Notes: a model not told the origin generated them from the sequence alone. DNA of 64,000 bases from Chiloscyllium plagiosum (GCF_004010195.1 NC_057718.1:8731181-8795180); one strand, 5' to 3'; numbered from the stretch's first letter, positions 12,650-24,729 are shown. Numbers and translations: made by a program.

Positions 12650-12900
12650 GAATCCTGCCATGGTGGAATTTGAATTCAATAAAAATCGGGAATTAAGAAT
12701 CTAATAATGAATTGATTGCTGGAAAAACCCATCTGGTTCACTAATGTCCTTCAGGGAAAGAAATTTCCCATCCTTATCTAGCCTGGACTACATATGACTC
12801 CAAACCCATGGCACTGTGGTTGGCTCTTAACTACTCTCTGGACAATTAGGGACGGGCAATAAATGTTAGTCTAGTCAGCAATGTCCACATTGAATGATAT
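12650..12900 (+). mobile_element. SINE type B
   Basis: ggtggaatttgaattcaataaaaatc...ggttcactaatgtcc...caattagggacgggcaataaatg. Confidence 0.8.
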
Positions 12901-13917
12901 TTTTAAAATTGCGTTGTTTGTACTTTGGTGTGGGCTGTGTCACAGAAAATCTGGTGAAAGGCCATTTTGACTTCAGCGTTCATGAATATACAATGTGTTG
13001 CAGGCAGTTTTCACAGGTAAGCTAAACACAGCAAGCTGGAGGGGAGACCTTTATTGGCTTTGAATCGAAGCAGCGAGTACATCCACACACCAAGACTTGT
13101 AGCTGCCTATTTACTAGAGTCACACAAACCTGAATAAGCTGTTACTTTCATCATCATTCTGCAAGTTAAGAGGTGAACCACATTAACCTGCTCACAATTT
13201 CTCTCAGGCAAATAGCAGCTGTATTATTCAATATCATAGCAATTGCCTAAAGCCTAGTGCTAATGTCAGAAGGGAAAGACACTCTTATTACCAATCACTG
13301 CGACACTACAGTTTAATTAATAGAAGGACCCACCAGCCTTTATTCCTGATTTTAATTCATGCATACCCTATTGCTGTTTTATGTGCAATTTAGGAACACA
13401 TCACCATGTGTATGCGACACATAACAGAGATGTCATTTAGATAGTTAATGTAAAACATGTTGGGTTTAATCTGGTATGGAGATTGCTTTTCCCTTATCTG
13501 ACAAGCAGCAGTGAGAGAGTAATAAGGCTGCAACTACAGGTATCCATCACTGACGGAGACCAGTATGGAATAGCTGATGGATGTGCATTGATGTAGACAG
13601 CAGGACTTCTCTCAGCCTTTCTTAACAAACTGTCCGTCTCTAACATCTTCCAGTCAGGAAATAAGGTGTGTGTCAACAGGAAGCATTTTACTGGGAGATG
13701 AGGGTGGGCAGTTTAGCAGTGGGAAATGTTCCTGTCTAAAACAACTATAACTCATTCTTTGCCCAATATTCCAAACTGAAAAGCAAGTCTATGTCAGAAG
13801 AAAGTTAGCCAAAGCAGAAACACAAAAGAGATAGTCTATCTCATTGTTTGACAATATACTGCCCCCACAACATTCAGTTCCATCAGTAGGGAGTATAATG
13901 CACGCACAATGCACACA

Positions 13918-14285
13918 TTATTGATTGATTGATTAATTGTTGTTGCATGTACTGAGATACAGTGAAAAATGGTGATTTGTGTGCTCTGCAGATTGTACCA
14001 AACAAGGTGGATCTGTGTAGCAGAACAGAGTGCAGAACGCAGGGTGACAGTTGCAGAGAAGATGCAGAGACAGAGAGACTCAGGCTTAACATTTGAGAGG
14101 TCTGTTCAAGAGTCTGGTAACAGCAGGGAAGAAGCTGTTCTTAAGTGTGTTGGTACATGTTTTCAAACTTTTATATCTTCTGCCTGACAGAAGAATGTGG
14201 AAGAAAGTACAACCACAGTGGGAGAGGGTCTTTGATTATGGTGGTAGCTTTCCCAAAGCAGTGGCATGTATAGATGGGTTGATGT
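13918..14285 (-). mobile_element. Rex1/Babar LINE 3' end
   Basis: (caat)n tail; similar to the 3' end of the 50811 element (IIKDPxxxG..LLSGRRYKSL-like). Confidence 0.7.
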
Positions 14286-14321
14286 ATATATTGTACATTC
14301 CACATACAAGACTCACCAACA

Positions 14322-14582
14322 GTCATACACTCCACCTATCATACAATCCGCCTGTCACACTGTCCACCTGTCATGCTCTCCGCCTGTCATGTTCTCCGCT
14401 TGTCACACTCTCCGCCTGTCATACGCTCCACCTGTCAGATTCTCTGCCAGTCAGGCTCTCCGCCTGTCATACACTCTGTCTGTCATACTCCACGCCTGTC
14501 ATACTCCACGCCTGGCTCTCCGCCTGTCATACACTCTGTCTGTCATACTCCACGCCTGTTAGACTCTCCGCCTGTCAGACTC
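14322..14582. repeat. Minisatellite, ~17-19 bp unit (tcatacactccgcctg-like)
   Basis: Directly visible tandem degenerate units. Confidence 0.9.
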
Positions 14583-14757
14583 TTCATTTACCAGCTCCTT
14601 CCATTATAAGTTCCATTTGCTATGCACTTCACCTGTTACTTTTTATTTAACCTAATGCAACACAGCAGTGCCCAACTTCACCCATTATAAACCTCCTTGT
14701 AGAACACTTGTTAGATCCAGTGATACATCAGCTTGTTAAACACTGCACCTCTTACAA

Positions 14758-14872
14758 GATATTTGTTATTCAACCTGTTCAGAGAGACTACAGCATATCT
14801 CAGGAGAGGTAGGACTTGAAACTGGACCTCCTGGCTCAGAGGTTGGGAAACTATAACTGACCACAAGAGCCC
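14758..14872 (-). mobile_element. Short (~110 bp) tRNA-derived SINE, type C
   Basis: Reverse complement matches 39398-39510 (ctcttgtgg..B-box..ctgaacaggttga). Confidence 0.6.
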
Positions 14873-14873
14873 T

Positions 14874-15402
14874 ACTGCCCTATTACACACTCCACCTGTT
14901 ACACACTGCCTCTGTTACACACTGCCCTGTTGCACACTCCACCAGTTGCACACTCCACCTGTTGCACACTCCACCTGTTGCACATTGCCCGTGTTACACA
15001 CTTTGCCTGTTGCACACTCTAGCTGTTGCACTCTGCCCCTGTTACACACTCCAGCTGTTACACATTGCCCCTGTTGCACACGCCACCTGTTGCACACTCC
15101 ACCTGTTGCACACTGCCCATTACACACTCCAGCTGTTGAACTCTGCCCCTGTTACACACTCCACCTGTTACACACTGCCCCTGTTGCACACTCCACCTGT
15201 TACACACTTCCCCATTACACACTCCACCTGTTACACATTGCCCCGTTACACACTTCCCCGTTACACACTCCAGCTGTTGCACACTCCAGCTGTTGCACAC
15301 TGCCCTGTTACACACTCCACCTGTTACACACTGCCCCTGTTACACACTGCCCCTGTTACACACTCCAGCTGTTGCACTCTGCCCCTGTTACACACTCCAC
15401 AT
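14874..15402. repeat. Minisatellite, 16 bp unit (tt[a/g]cacactccacctg / tt[a/g]cacactgcccctg), about 30 units
   Basis: Directly visible tandem array. Confidence 0.95.
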
Positions 15403-15724
15403 TTTTTCCGCTCTACTTGTTGTTTACTTCCCCTGTTGACCTTCTACCTGGTTTATGCCATACCCATTCAATATCTCTCGTAGATTCCATGTACTGTACA
15501 CTCCTCTGTTTTACTATCCACCGGTCAGGTACTTCGCCTGTTAAATGCCCCATGCTTACAACCCCCTTTCAGTGTGCATGGTGCCATTATAGAGCCTCAA
15601 ATGTACTTTCGGGAGCTGCATTGACATGCACGCTGTGGAGTCACTTGGTACTGAGTGCTGTAAAGATCATGATGCACCCTGGATGTTGACTTGGCGTTTA
15701 CTGTCTGTAGTCATCATTTCAATC

Positions 15725-15932
15725 CAGGTCATTCTGCTATAACGTGCGTTTTGTTAATGCGAATCTCCTGTAATACGATTGGGGACCCTGTTTCTAAAGA
15801 ATGAATTTTTGAAACGTGTGTTGGCTGTAACGTGATTACATCACCAACACTTTAAGTACTGTTTCTCAAGCGCGATGTTTCCATAACGCAGGGTTGCACA
15901 AGAATGCAACAATCACACTATAGAACTGACTG
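15725..15932. mobile_element. pogo/Tigger-type MITE
   Basis: caggtcattctgctata ... tatagaactgactg|TA degenerate TIRs. Confidence 0.5.
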
Positions 15933-16368
15933 TAATCACAAACCATGGATTACCTATTGACCGGACTGAACCAGCCTGGTTGTATGGAGTGATTTGTCAG
16001 AATCTCCAGCGTATATCTCACCAGTGACCATCTCTATCTTCTTCCACATATAGGCTTGTGTGCAAAGTGATTCCGCCTCCTGCCGTGACAATGTTACTTG
16101 CCCTGTACTTGAAATGCTATCTTCTCACACAATCACTGAATCGTTATAACGCAGGAGGAGGCCATTTGGCCCATTGTGTTTGTGCCAGCTCTTCCGAGAA
16201 GCATCATCACCTTGAATTGATCTCCTGTTTTATCCCCATATTATATCTATCTATATAACCATCCAATGCCCACTTGAACGCCTCAAATGAATCTGTACCT
16301 CTCCTATTTCCAGCGTGCGCATTCCAGACCCTAACAACTTGCTGAGTCAAAACCTATTTTCTAACATC

Positions 16369-16650
16369 AGATTAGATTCCCTACAGTATGGAAACAAGCC
16401 CTTCAGCCCAACAAGTCCACACTGACCGTCCGAAGAGTTACCCACCCTGACCCATTTCCCTCTGATTAATGCACCTAACACTATGGGTAATCCACCTGAC
16501 CTGCACATCTTTGGGACTGTGGGAGGAAACCCACGCAGACACGGGGAGAATGTGCAAACTCCACACAGACAGTCCCCTGAGGCTGGAATCGAACCTGGGA
16601 CCCTGGTGCTGTGAGGCAGCAGTGCGAACCACTGAGCCACTGTGCCACCC
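16369..16650 (-). mobile_element. HE1-type SINE
   Basis: tRNA head gggtggcacagtggctcagtgg..ggttcgattcc, V-SINE core gtgtggagtttgcacattctccccgtgtctgcgtggg, tail shared with HER1/CR1. Confidence 0.93.
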
Positions 16651-16951
16651 TTGTTTCTTTTCCACATCACTTAAATCTATACCCTTTCATCCTTGTTTCT
16701 TTTATGAGCCAATCACTGTTCCCTTGGGTGAAGTCCTCTGTTCTATTTGCCTCCTTTCTTTACCTGGTGATTGTTCTGCCTTAGGCCTGACACAAGGCCT
16801 AACACAAGGCCCAATCAGTTCTGTCAAGAATAAGCTTTAGCTGTTGGTCCCATGACCTCTATTACCCACAAGGACAAAGGCTTCAGATGGATGAGAAGAC
16901 CATAACTTACAAGTCCTCCTTCAAGCCACGCATGCTGACATAGAAGTATAT

Positions 16952-17088
16952 CTAGGCAAAAGTGAGGACTACAGATGCTGGAGATCAGAGTCTAGATTAG
17001 AGTGGTGCTGGAAAAGCACAGCAGGTCAGGGAGCATCGAGGAGCAGGAAAGTCGACGTTTCAGGCAAAAGCCCTTCATCAGGAATGAA
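16952..17088 (-). mobile_element. Mini Penelope-like terminal element (family 1) with hammerhead core
   Basis: Reverse complement attcCTGATGAAGGGCttttGCCTGAAACGTCgac; candidate TSD atagaagtata (16940-16950) / atggaagtata (17092-17102). Confidence 0.85.
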
Positions 17089-18102
17089 TGTATGGAAGTA
17101 TACCACTGGTTCTTGGAGGAGAGGAGACTGAGGGGCACATGAACAAGATGCACAAAACTGTGAGGGCCACATGCAGAGTAAATGGGAAAAAACCTTCCCC
17201 TTGTTGGAGGGATCAACAACGAGGGGCTGAGTTAAACAAAGGGGCAGGAGGTTTAGAAGGGAATGTGAGGCAAGCTGTTTTACCCGGATGGACCTAGCAC
17301 CATATTAGGGCAATAGGGCTCAGAATTGGCATTACAAAGCAAAAGGCATAGGATCATTGTAGAAAAGGCCATTCATCTCACTGTGCTTGCCCATCTTCTA
17401 AAGTGCCATTCAATTAGTCCTGCTCCCTGACCCTATGCCCCTTACATAGATATGCTTCCAGTTGCCTTATGAATGTTACCATTGAATCCATTTCTGCCAC
17501 CTTTTCAGGCAACACTTTACAATCCACACTGCAAAAGGCAAAAAGCCTCATCTCTGCTCTAGTTACTTAGCAAAGGCGTGCTGGGTTCACCCATCTTCAA
17601 AACTATTGCGTCAGATAAAAATTAGCGCGCCTTCCTCACATGTCCAGAGAGCTGCTACATGTCCTTCCAAGTCATCTCTAACTGTGTGTTTTATCAATGA
17701 TTCCTGATTATTTTACTTGTAGTTCTCTGCCCAGAAACTCCAACGTGTTGTGAAAAGGTCTCTCCACTCTCGTTTTTTGCTTTCAATTGGTTTGAATATC
17801 TTCCTCCTTTGCCAATTCTAGTAATTTATGTTTTGCAATTTATAGACTGCAATGTGGCGATCTCCCAGTCTCTTCTTTCTTGCAGACCCTCGAGTCTCTC
17901 TTCATAAACCAGCTCCCAACCAACAACTACTCAGGTCAATCTCAGTGTCCACACTGAATACTGGCAAAGCTGAAATGAGGATTGGGAATTATCTCCATGA
18001 CCTATAGTAAGGAAAGATCCCAGCAGCCACCTTATATCCCGCGTGCAGAGCTGTCGGAGCTGCAGGAGACCATATGACTATTGCTACTGCTGTGCCATCA
18101 AT

Positions 18103-18401
18103 GATTAGATTCGATTCCCTACAGTATGGAAACAGGCCCTTTGGTATACCAAGTCCACACCGACCCTCCGAAGAGTAACCCACCCAGACTCATTTCCCTC
18201 TGACTAATCCACCTAACACTATGGGCAATTTAGCATGGACAATTCACCTAACCTGCACATCTTTGGATTGTGGGAGGAAACCGGAGCAGACACAGGGACA
18301 GTGTGCAAACTCCACACAGACAGTCGCCTGAGGATGGGATCGAACCCAGGACCCTGGTGCTGTGAGGCAGCAATGCTAGCCACTGAGCCACTGTGCCGCC
18401 C
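18103..18401 (-). mobile_element. HE1-type SINE
   Basis: Same head, core and tail as 16369. Confidence 0.93.
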
Positions 18402-18653
18402 AACGAGATCATGACTGATCTGATAATCCTCTACTCCACTTTCCTGCCTTTTCCCCATAACTCCTTGTTTCCCTTCCTGATTAAAGACATTAAACTGCTC
18501 ACTCTGAATGTAAACAGAACATTACAGCGCAGTACAGGCCCTTCGGCCCTCAATGTTGCGCCGACCTGTCAAACCAATCTGAAACCCAACTAACTGACAC
18601 TATTTCAACATTGCATCTTCTCCAAATTTGTTAAAGAAGAGCTAGGGAGTTGT

Positions 18654-18753
18654 AACAAGAACAGAAATTGTTGGAAAAGCTCAGCAGGTCAGGCAGCGTC
18701 TGCGGAGAGAAAGCAGAGTTAACGTCTCAGGTGGGGTGACCCTTCCTCAGAAC
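18654..18753 (-). mobile_element. Penelope-like terminal fragment (family 3)
   Basis: Reverse complement gttCTGAGGAAGGGTCaccc..GAGACGTTaactctgctttctc. Confidence 0.7.
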
Positions 18754-19227
18754 CCACCCACTTATCAAAACTTAAATCATCTGATCCGCTATCGTGTTGT
18801 TGGAGCTTGCTGTGCTCAAATTGGCTGTTGTGTTATAAAAAGGGCTGCACTTCCACTGGAGAGGACTTTGGAACATCTCAGTTTGTGAAAGTTGCTGAAC
18901 AACTGCGAGTCTGCCTTTGAGTGGTTCCTCTTCTGAGAAGGTATTGAACGATACATGGATAGAAATAACCCGCAAGGCTATAGGGAGAAAGCAGGAGGTT
19001 GCCAGTAAGTAATCATGTTCATTTGGGCCGAATGGTCTCCCTCTGCTCCATCACACTTCTGTTTTTCAAAATAAAATCCCCGGTTTCAAACTAAAAAGTG
19101 GAAGGAAGCTTTCAGATATTCTGCTCCAAGATCAGTCGGGTTTAGGCTATTAACGAAGCATTATCGACTGGGCCGTCTTCAATGGAAAAAGTTTAAAGAT
19201 AATCATTGAATGTTGAACAGACCCAGC

Positions 19228-19440
19228 TGAAATATCTCGACAGAGGCTGGTATCCTGTCACCAAGTTACCCGTTATTTATACATGCATCGTACATGACAC
19301 TAATCCAGCTCCCTCAGAGTGAGCAGTACCTCTGATACTGCTGTCAGCCAGGGCTCCCTGATTGGACCAGTTTAACAGCCCCAAACAGGGAACTCATACC
19401 CTATGAGATCCCCCTGACTGACCTTGTTACAATCACTACA
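19228..19440 (-). mobile_element. Short solo LTR (Gypsy/BEL-type)
   Basis: Reverse complement TGTAGTG...ATTTCA with TG..CA ends; flanks ccagc/ccaac (near-TSD); related LTR at 39278. Confidence 0.6.
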
Positions 19441-20428
19441 CCAACACTCCTTTCCACTTTATGCTAAGTCCGAATACATTCAAACAAATGAATGAAGTAT
19501 ATTAATTTTCAGGGCATTGATGGTTCTTTAATGTTAAATTTAATTATTTTTTCGGAACTCCAGAGATAATTCTCAATTTCCTGAAACCACACGGCAAATT
19601 TATTGCACTAGCCAGGCAGTTTTCAAATTCGTTTTTGAGAAGCACAGAGAGGGACTGTCACTTGCTTCTTCATTCTGCAAGGAAGTGTTTGAATCATTTT
19701 GGCGACCTGTTCTCTTGTGGAGCTTTTCACTGGCACTATAATGGCATTTTTTGTGTCCATCGTGAAACCCAGCAGCTGACTTGTACACAGCAAGATCCCA
19801 GAATTGAAGTAACGTTGTCACTGTCTTACTGACCATAGGGCTGCTCGTTCGTTCGAGAGGGGAGACAGATGGTGGTTTAACCTGAGGTCAGTACATCTCA
19901 GGAGAGGGGTGAGGTTGAGAAGGAGAGATCTTCATGGTAACTTGTGCAGGAATTGAACCGTTACTGTTACCATCACTCTGCATTGCAAACTCAGCTATCC
20001 AGCCAACTGAGCTAACCGGCCCTCATCATTCAGACATTAATGACCAGATAATGTCTTTATTTTTAAGTGATATTGAGTGAGGGTTAACTATCGTCCAGGA
20101 CGCATGGGAAAGATCCCCTATTCATTCTCTGATAAGGCTGGGCAGCACATTGCAAGCCTCTGAATTTAGGATGGGTACTTTGCTATCTTACTGTTTTAAT
20201 TCGATCCCCCCTTTTTCCCTCAAGTAAACGCTTTCACACTGACCCGAGCAGGATGGCAGGCAGCGAGACGTCAGTTTAGATGTCAGTTTCTCTCCGTCTC
20301 TGAGATCCGAGTCAGAACACTTTGGCAAAGAGGTTATGTAGACGCTGAGCTGACATGGAAAATTCCAGATTCTGGTTGAGTGATGCTGGAAGAGCACAGC
20401 AATTCAGGCAGCATCCGAAAAGCTCCGA

Positions 20429-20464
20429 AATCGACGTTTCGGGCAAAAGCCCTTCATCAGGAAT
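20429..20464 (-). ncRNA. Minimal hammerhead ribozyme motif, core intact
   Basis: Reverse complement attc-CTGATGA-A-GGGC-tttt-GCCC-GAAAC-GTC-gatt. Confidence 0.65.
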
Positions 20465-20667
20465 AAAGGCAGAGAGCCTGAAGCTTGGAGAGATAGGCTA
20501 GAGGAGGGGGGGGGTGGGGATAGAGTAGCATAGAGTACAATAGGTCAGTGGGGGAGGAGATGAAGGTGATAGGTCAGGGAGGACAGGGTGGAGTGGATAG
20601 GTGGAAAAGGAGATAGGCAGGCCGGACAAGTCCGGACAAGTCAAGGGGATCATGTTGCTGGAGGTTA

Positions 20668-21389
20668 NNNNNNNNNNNNNNNNNNNNNNNNNNNNNNNNN
20701 NNNNNNNNNNNNNNNNNNNNNNNNNNNNNNNNNNNNNNNNNNNNNNNNNNNNNNNNNNNNNNNNNNNNNNNNNNNNNNNNNNNNNNNNNNNNNNNNNNNN
20801 NNNNNNNNNNNNNNNNNNNNNNNNNNNNNNNNNNNNNNNNNNNNNNNNNNNNNNNNNNNNNNNNNNNNNNNNNNNNNNNNNNNNNNNNNNNNNNNNNNNN
20901 NNNNNNNNNNNNNNNNNNNNNNNNNNNNNNNNNNNNNNNNNNNNNNNNNNNNNNNNNNNNNNNNNNNNNNNNNNNNNNNNNNNNNNNNNNNNNNNNNNNN
21001 NNNNNNNNNNNNNNNNNNNNNNNNNNNNNNNNNNNNNNNNNNNNNNNNNNNNNNNNNNNNNNNNNNNNNNNNNNNNNNNNNNNNNNNNNNNNNNNNNNNN
21101 NNNNNNNNNNNNNNNNNNNNNNNNNNNNNNNNNNNNNNNNNNNNNNNNNNNNNNNNNNNNNNNNNNNNNNNNNNNNNNNNNNNNNNNNNNNNNNNNNNNN
21201 NNNNNNNNNNNNNNNNNNNNNNNNNNNNNNNNNNNNNNNNNNNNNNNNNNNNNNNNNNNNNNNNNNNNNNNNNNNNNNNNNNNNNNNNNNNNNNNNNNNN
21301 NNNNNNNNNNNNNNNNNNNNNNNNNNNNNNNNNNNNNNNNNNNNNNNNNNNNNNNNNNNNNNNNNNNNNNNNNNNNNNNNNNNNNNNNN
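20668..21389. other. Assembly gap
   Basis: Run of N. Confidence 1.
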
Positions 21390-22142
21390 GGGAACGGTCT
21401 TTGCGGGAGGCGGAGAGGGGTGGGGAGGGAAATATATCCCTGGTGGTGGGGTCTGTTTGGAGGTGGCGGAAATGTCGGCGGATGATTTGGTTTATGCGAA
21501 GGTTGGTAGGGTGGAAGGTGAGCACCAGGGGCATTCTGTCTTTGTTGCGGTTGGAGGGGTTGGGTCTGAGGGCGGAGGTGCGGAATGTGGACGAGATGCG
21601 TTGGAGGGCATCTTTAACCACATGGGAAGGGAAATTGCGGTCTCTAAAGAAGGAGGCCATCTGGTGTGTTCTGTGGTGGAACTGATCTCACAGTCTCCTT
21701 GCGAGAGCCCCTGGCACTGTTCTTCAGCTGCAAAAAGCTGTGGATCTTCACTTGAAGCTGCAGGAACCTCAATGTCAAAGCTTGTCCCTCTAGTTACTCC
21801 TGCTGTGGAGAGGAGACCCATCACTGAATTTACTTGAACTTCAGGAATTTTTAAAAAAAACAAACCCTGTTTACTTTTCCTTCCCTTCCGAAAGCTATTG
21901 TATCAATGTTTGCCTCAGCCGGCCGATGAAGTGGTGTTTTCCGACTGCGTTAATCTGACACTGACACCTAAGTCTCAGACCTTTTTTTATTATTAGTTAC
22001 TCACAGAATGTGGTTAGCACTGCTGCCTCACAGCACCAGGGACCCCGGTTCGATTCCACCCTCCAGTAACTGTCTGTCTGGAGTCTGCACATTCTCCCAC
22101 TGGGTTTCCTCTGGGTGCTCCAGTTCCTCTCATAGTCCAAAG

Positions 22143-22267
22143 TTAAAAATCAAGCAACACCAGGTTATAGTCCAACAGGTTTCTTTGGAAGTACTAGCTT
22201 TCGGAGCACTGCTTGTGTTGTGAGATTTTTAACTTTGTCCACCCCAGTCCAACACCGGCTCCTCCAA
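22143..22267. mobile_element. Fold-back mini Penelope-like element (family 2)
   Basis: Arms agttaaaaatc..caacac / gtgttgtgagatttttaact; ctagctttcggagc; TSD ctcatagtc(c/a)aaag. Confidence 0.75.
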
Positions 22268-22292
22268 CTCATAGTCAAAAGATGTGCAAGAT

Positions 22293-22482
22293 ATGGATTA
22301 GCCATGGATAATGCAGGGTTACAGGGATGGTAGATGGATTAGCCAAGGGAAATGCAGGATTACACGGATAGTAGACAGATTAGCCATGGGAAATGCAGGG
22401 TTATAGGGATGGTAGATGGATTAGCCATGGGGAATGCAGGATTATAGGGATGGTAGATGGATTAGCCATGGGGAATGCAGGA
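22293..22482 (+). repeat. 41-bp tandem repeat (about 4.6 copies) inside the HE1 SINE
   Basis: Unit atggattagccatgggaaatgcagggttatagggatggtag. Confidence 0.9.
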
Positions 22483-22540
22483 GTCGGGTGGGGGTGTGTG
22501 GGTGTGAGTGGAATGCTCTTTAAAGGGGCAGTGTGGACTT

Positions 22541-22854
22541 GATTAGATTAGATTCCTTACAGTATGGAAACAGGCCCTTTGGCCCAACAAGTCCACACCG
22601 ACCCTCTGAAGAGTAACCCACACAAACCCATTCCCCTATCCTATATTTATCTCTGACAAGCACACTTACTACTCTGGGCAATTTAGCCGGTCGAATTCAC
22701 CAACCGGCACATCTTTGGAGTATGGGAGGAAACCCACGCACACATGGGGAGAATGTGCAAACTCCACACAGACAGTTGCCCAAGGTGAGACTTGAACCCG
22801 GGTCCCTGGCACTGTGAGGCAGCAGTGCTAACCACTGAGCCATCATGCCACCCC
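22541..22854 (-). mobile_element. HE1-type SINE (nested)
   Basis: Full head, core and (ctaat)n tail. Confidence 0.92.
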
Positions 22855-23319
22855 TGAATGATGGGCTGAATGGCCTGTTTCCACGCTGTAGGGATTCTAT
22901 GAATGTGGTTGTTGGTGGCTAGATCAGTATTTATTGCCCATTCCCCATGGTCCAGAGAGCAGTTAATGGTCCCCACAACATTGTTGTGGGCCAGACTAGG
23001 TGACGGCGGTTAATTTGACCCAGAGAAGAAACAGCAATATAGTTCTAAGTCAGGATGGTAAGGGGCTTGGAGGCAGACTTGCAGGCTGGACTCTGTTTCC
23101 TGCTCCTTTCTAAATTAAAATCAAGGGACGGGCAATTAGGAAACAATGAAGAGGTATCAAAAAGCAAGGCTTCATGCAATTGGTAAACTATCCTCTTGAT
23201 GCTCTGTACTAGTCTGTGGAAATCTCACCTCTTGGTCGTTAGCTGGCTGGATGCCATTCCAAACTTACCCACTATTGGGATACTTCTCTGGTTTTGGATG
23301 GTGTGCTGTGTTTAGACAC

Positions 23320-23569
23320 TAGAGTCGAGAGTGTGGTGCTGGAAAAGCACAGCAGGTCAGGCAGCATCCGAGGAGCAGGAGAGTCAGTGTTTCGGGCAAG
23401 AAACCTTCATCATCAAGAGCCCTTCCTGATGAAGGGCTCTTGATGATCAAGGTTTCTTGCCCAAAATGTCGATTCTCCTGCTCCTTGGATGCTGCCTGAC
23501 CTGCTGTGCTTTTCCAGCACCACACTCTCGACTCCGATCTCCAGCATCTGCAGTCCTCACTTTCTCCTA
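23320..23569. mobile_element. Fold-back mini Penelope-like element (family 1)
   Basis: About 105-bp inverted arms centred on ctgat (23426-23430); degenerate TSD gctgtgtttagacac / gttgtgttaatacac. Confidence 0.88.
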
Positions 23570-24185
23570 GTTGTGTTAATACACCAGTCAGTTGTGATCA
23601 CCACTGAAGTCAGGGTACAGTCTGATTTAAGAGTCATTTAGACAGACACTTGAATATGAGACAAGTGCAAGAAATTGGAATTGGCGCATATGAGGTGGTA
23701 GTTATGTTAGTGCAGATTTGATGGGCCGAAATCCATGAATCTATGAATTGAAGGGGAAGGAACAGAGGGATATGGACGAGTAGACTTATAGCATGAGTTT
23801 AGAATGAGATCATAGGCACTACAGACATGGTGTGCTGAAGAGTCTTGTTTCTGTCCTGTTCCATGTATGCCAATGTTATTCTTACCCAACGAGTTTGGGT
23901 AAAATTCATTCCCATAATGGCTCTTTAACAATAGGAAAATGACAGCGAGCTTGGCCAGTCTGTGGTCAGGGTTTCACCAGAATCAATTTGAACACTGTGT
24001 TGTAATGTAGTTGACCAGGAGTGGTGGGGGTCAATCCCTCAGTAACAGGAATGAAGCAAACTGGACCATCACAATAAACAGGAAGTAAGTATCTCTGATG
24101 ATGCCAGTGAATGTGCTGAAGGGCAGGGTGCTTTGGTCTGTGTTGTTGAGAGATCAGCAACCTCACCCACCCATGCCACCTGCAG

Positions 24186-24432
24186 AGCCACTGTGGCCAG
24201 CACAGCTGCCTCACGGTATCAGGGGACCTGGGTTCAATTCCGGCCTCAGGAGACTGCCTGTGTGGAGTTTGCACGTTCTCCCTGTGTCTGTGTGGGTTTC
24301 CTCCCGTTGTATAGGTAAGATGGATTTGGCCATTCTAAATTGTCTGGATTAGCCATGTGGGGGTGGTCAGGGAGGGTTGGCGAGCACTTGGTAGGCTGAA
24401 TGGCATGCATCCAGACTGTAGGGATTCTATGA
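24186..24432 (+). mobile_element. HE1-type SINE (degenerate)
   Basis: gggttcaattcc B-box, gtgtggagtttgcacgttctccc core, tail ctgtagggattctatga. Confidence 0.85.
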
Positions 24433-24497
24433 TTGTTGTTCAGGTGGGATATCAAACACAAGTACATAAGGTGGCATCCTGAGGTAACACCTTAAAG

Positions 24498-24729
24498 TAC
24501 CTGTATCATGGACATTAGCGTTTCGTTCCAGTAAGACTTCTATTGACTTTTGGTGATAAATTGAATACTTTTTCAGAGTCTATGGTGCCTGCCGAAGGGC
24601 CTGTTTCCATACTGTAATGTAATCTAATCTAATCTACCTGTACCATGGACATTAGCGTTTCGTTCCAGTAAGACTTCTATTGACTTTTGGTGATAAATTG
24701 AATACTTTTTCAGAGTCTATGGTGCCTGC
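24498..24729 (+). repeat. 95-bp direct duplication flanking a 42-bp HE1/HER1 3' tail
   Basis: 24498-24592 equals 24635-24729 with 1 mismatch; insert cgaagggcctgtttccatactgtaatgtaatctaatctaatc. Confidence 0.92.

Larger units (their letters stand above)
20370..21683 (-). mobile_element. Young Penelope-like element (family 1), 5'-truncated, spanning a gap
   Basis: ORF MASFFRDRNFPSHVVKDALQRISS...RMPLVLTFHPTNLRINQIIRRHF (Penelope RT C-terminus/linker); terminal region at 20370-20465. Confidence 0.9.
22010..22902 (+). mobile_element. HE1-type SINE interrupted by a mini Penelope (22143-22267) and a second HE1 (22541-22854)
   Basis: Head at 22010; tail resumes atgggctgaatggcctgtttcc at ~22861. Confidence 0.85.

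Noticed and set aside
14874..15402. CRISPR-like periodicity
   Set aside because: Contiguous tandem units with no unique spacers, eukaryotic context, no cas genes
14093..15689. Long ORFs of 170-250 aa rich in C/H/T/L
   Set aside because: Translations of minisatellites, open in several frames, with no domain
20588..21685. ORFs of up to 365 aa here and at 5813-6455 and 49811-50605
   Set aside because: Length comes from N gaps; the real parts are transposon-derived
21685..21863. Unique sequence open on both strands next to the Penelope
   Set aside because: ORF length depends on read-through into the transposon; no family similarity or splice support
22972..22990. Perfect 9-bp hairpin cccacaaca-t-tgttgtggg
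   Set aside because: Lies in a decayed type B SINE; too short to support a function
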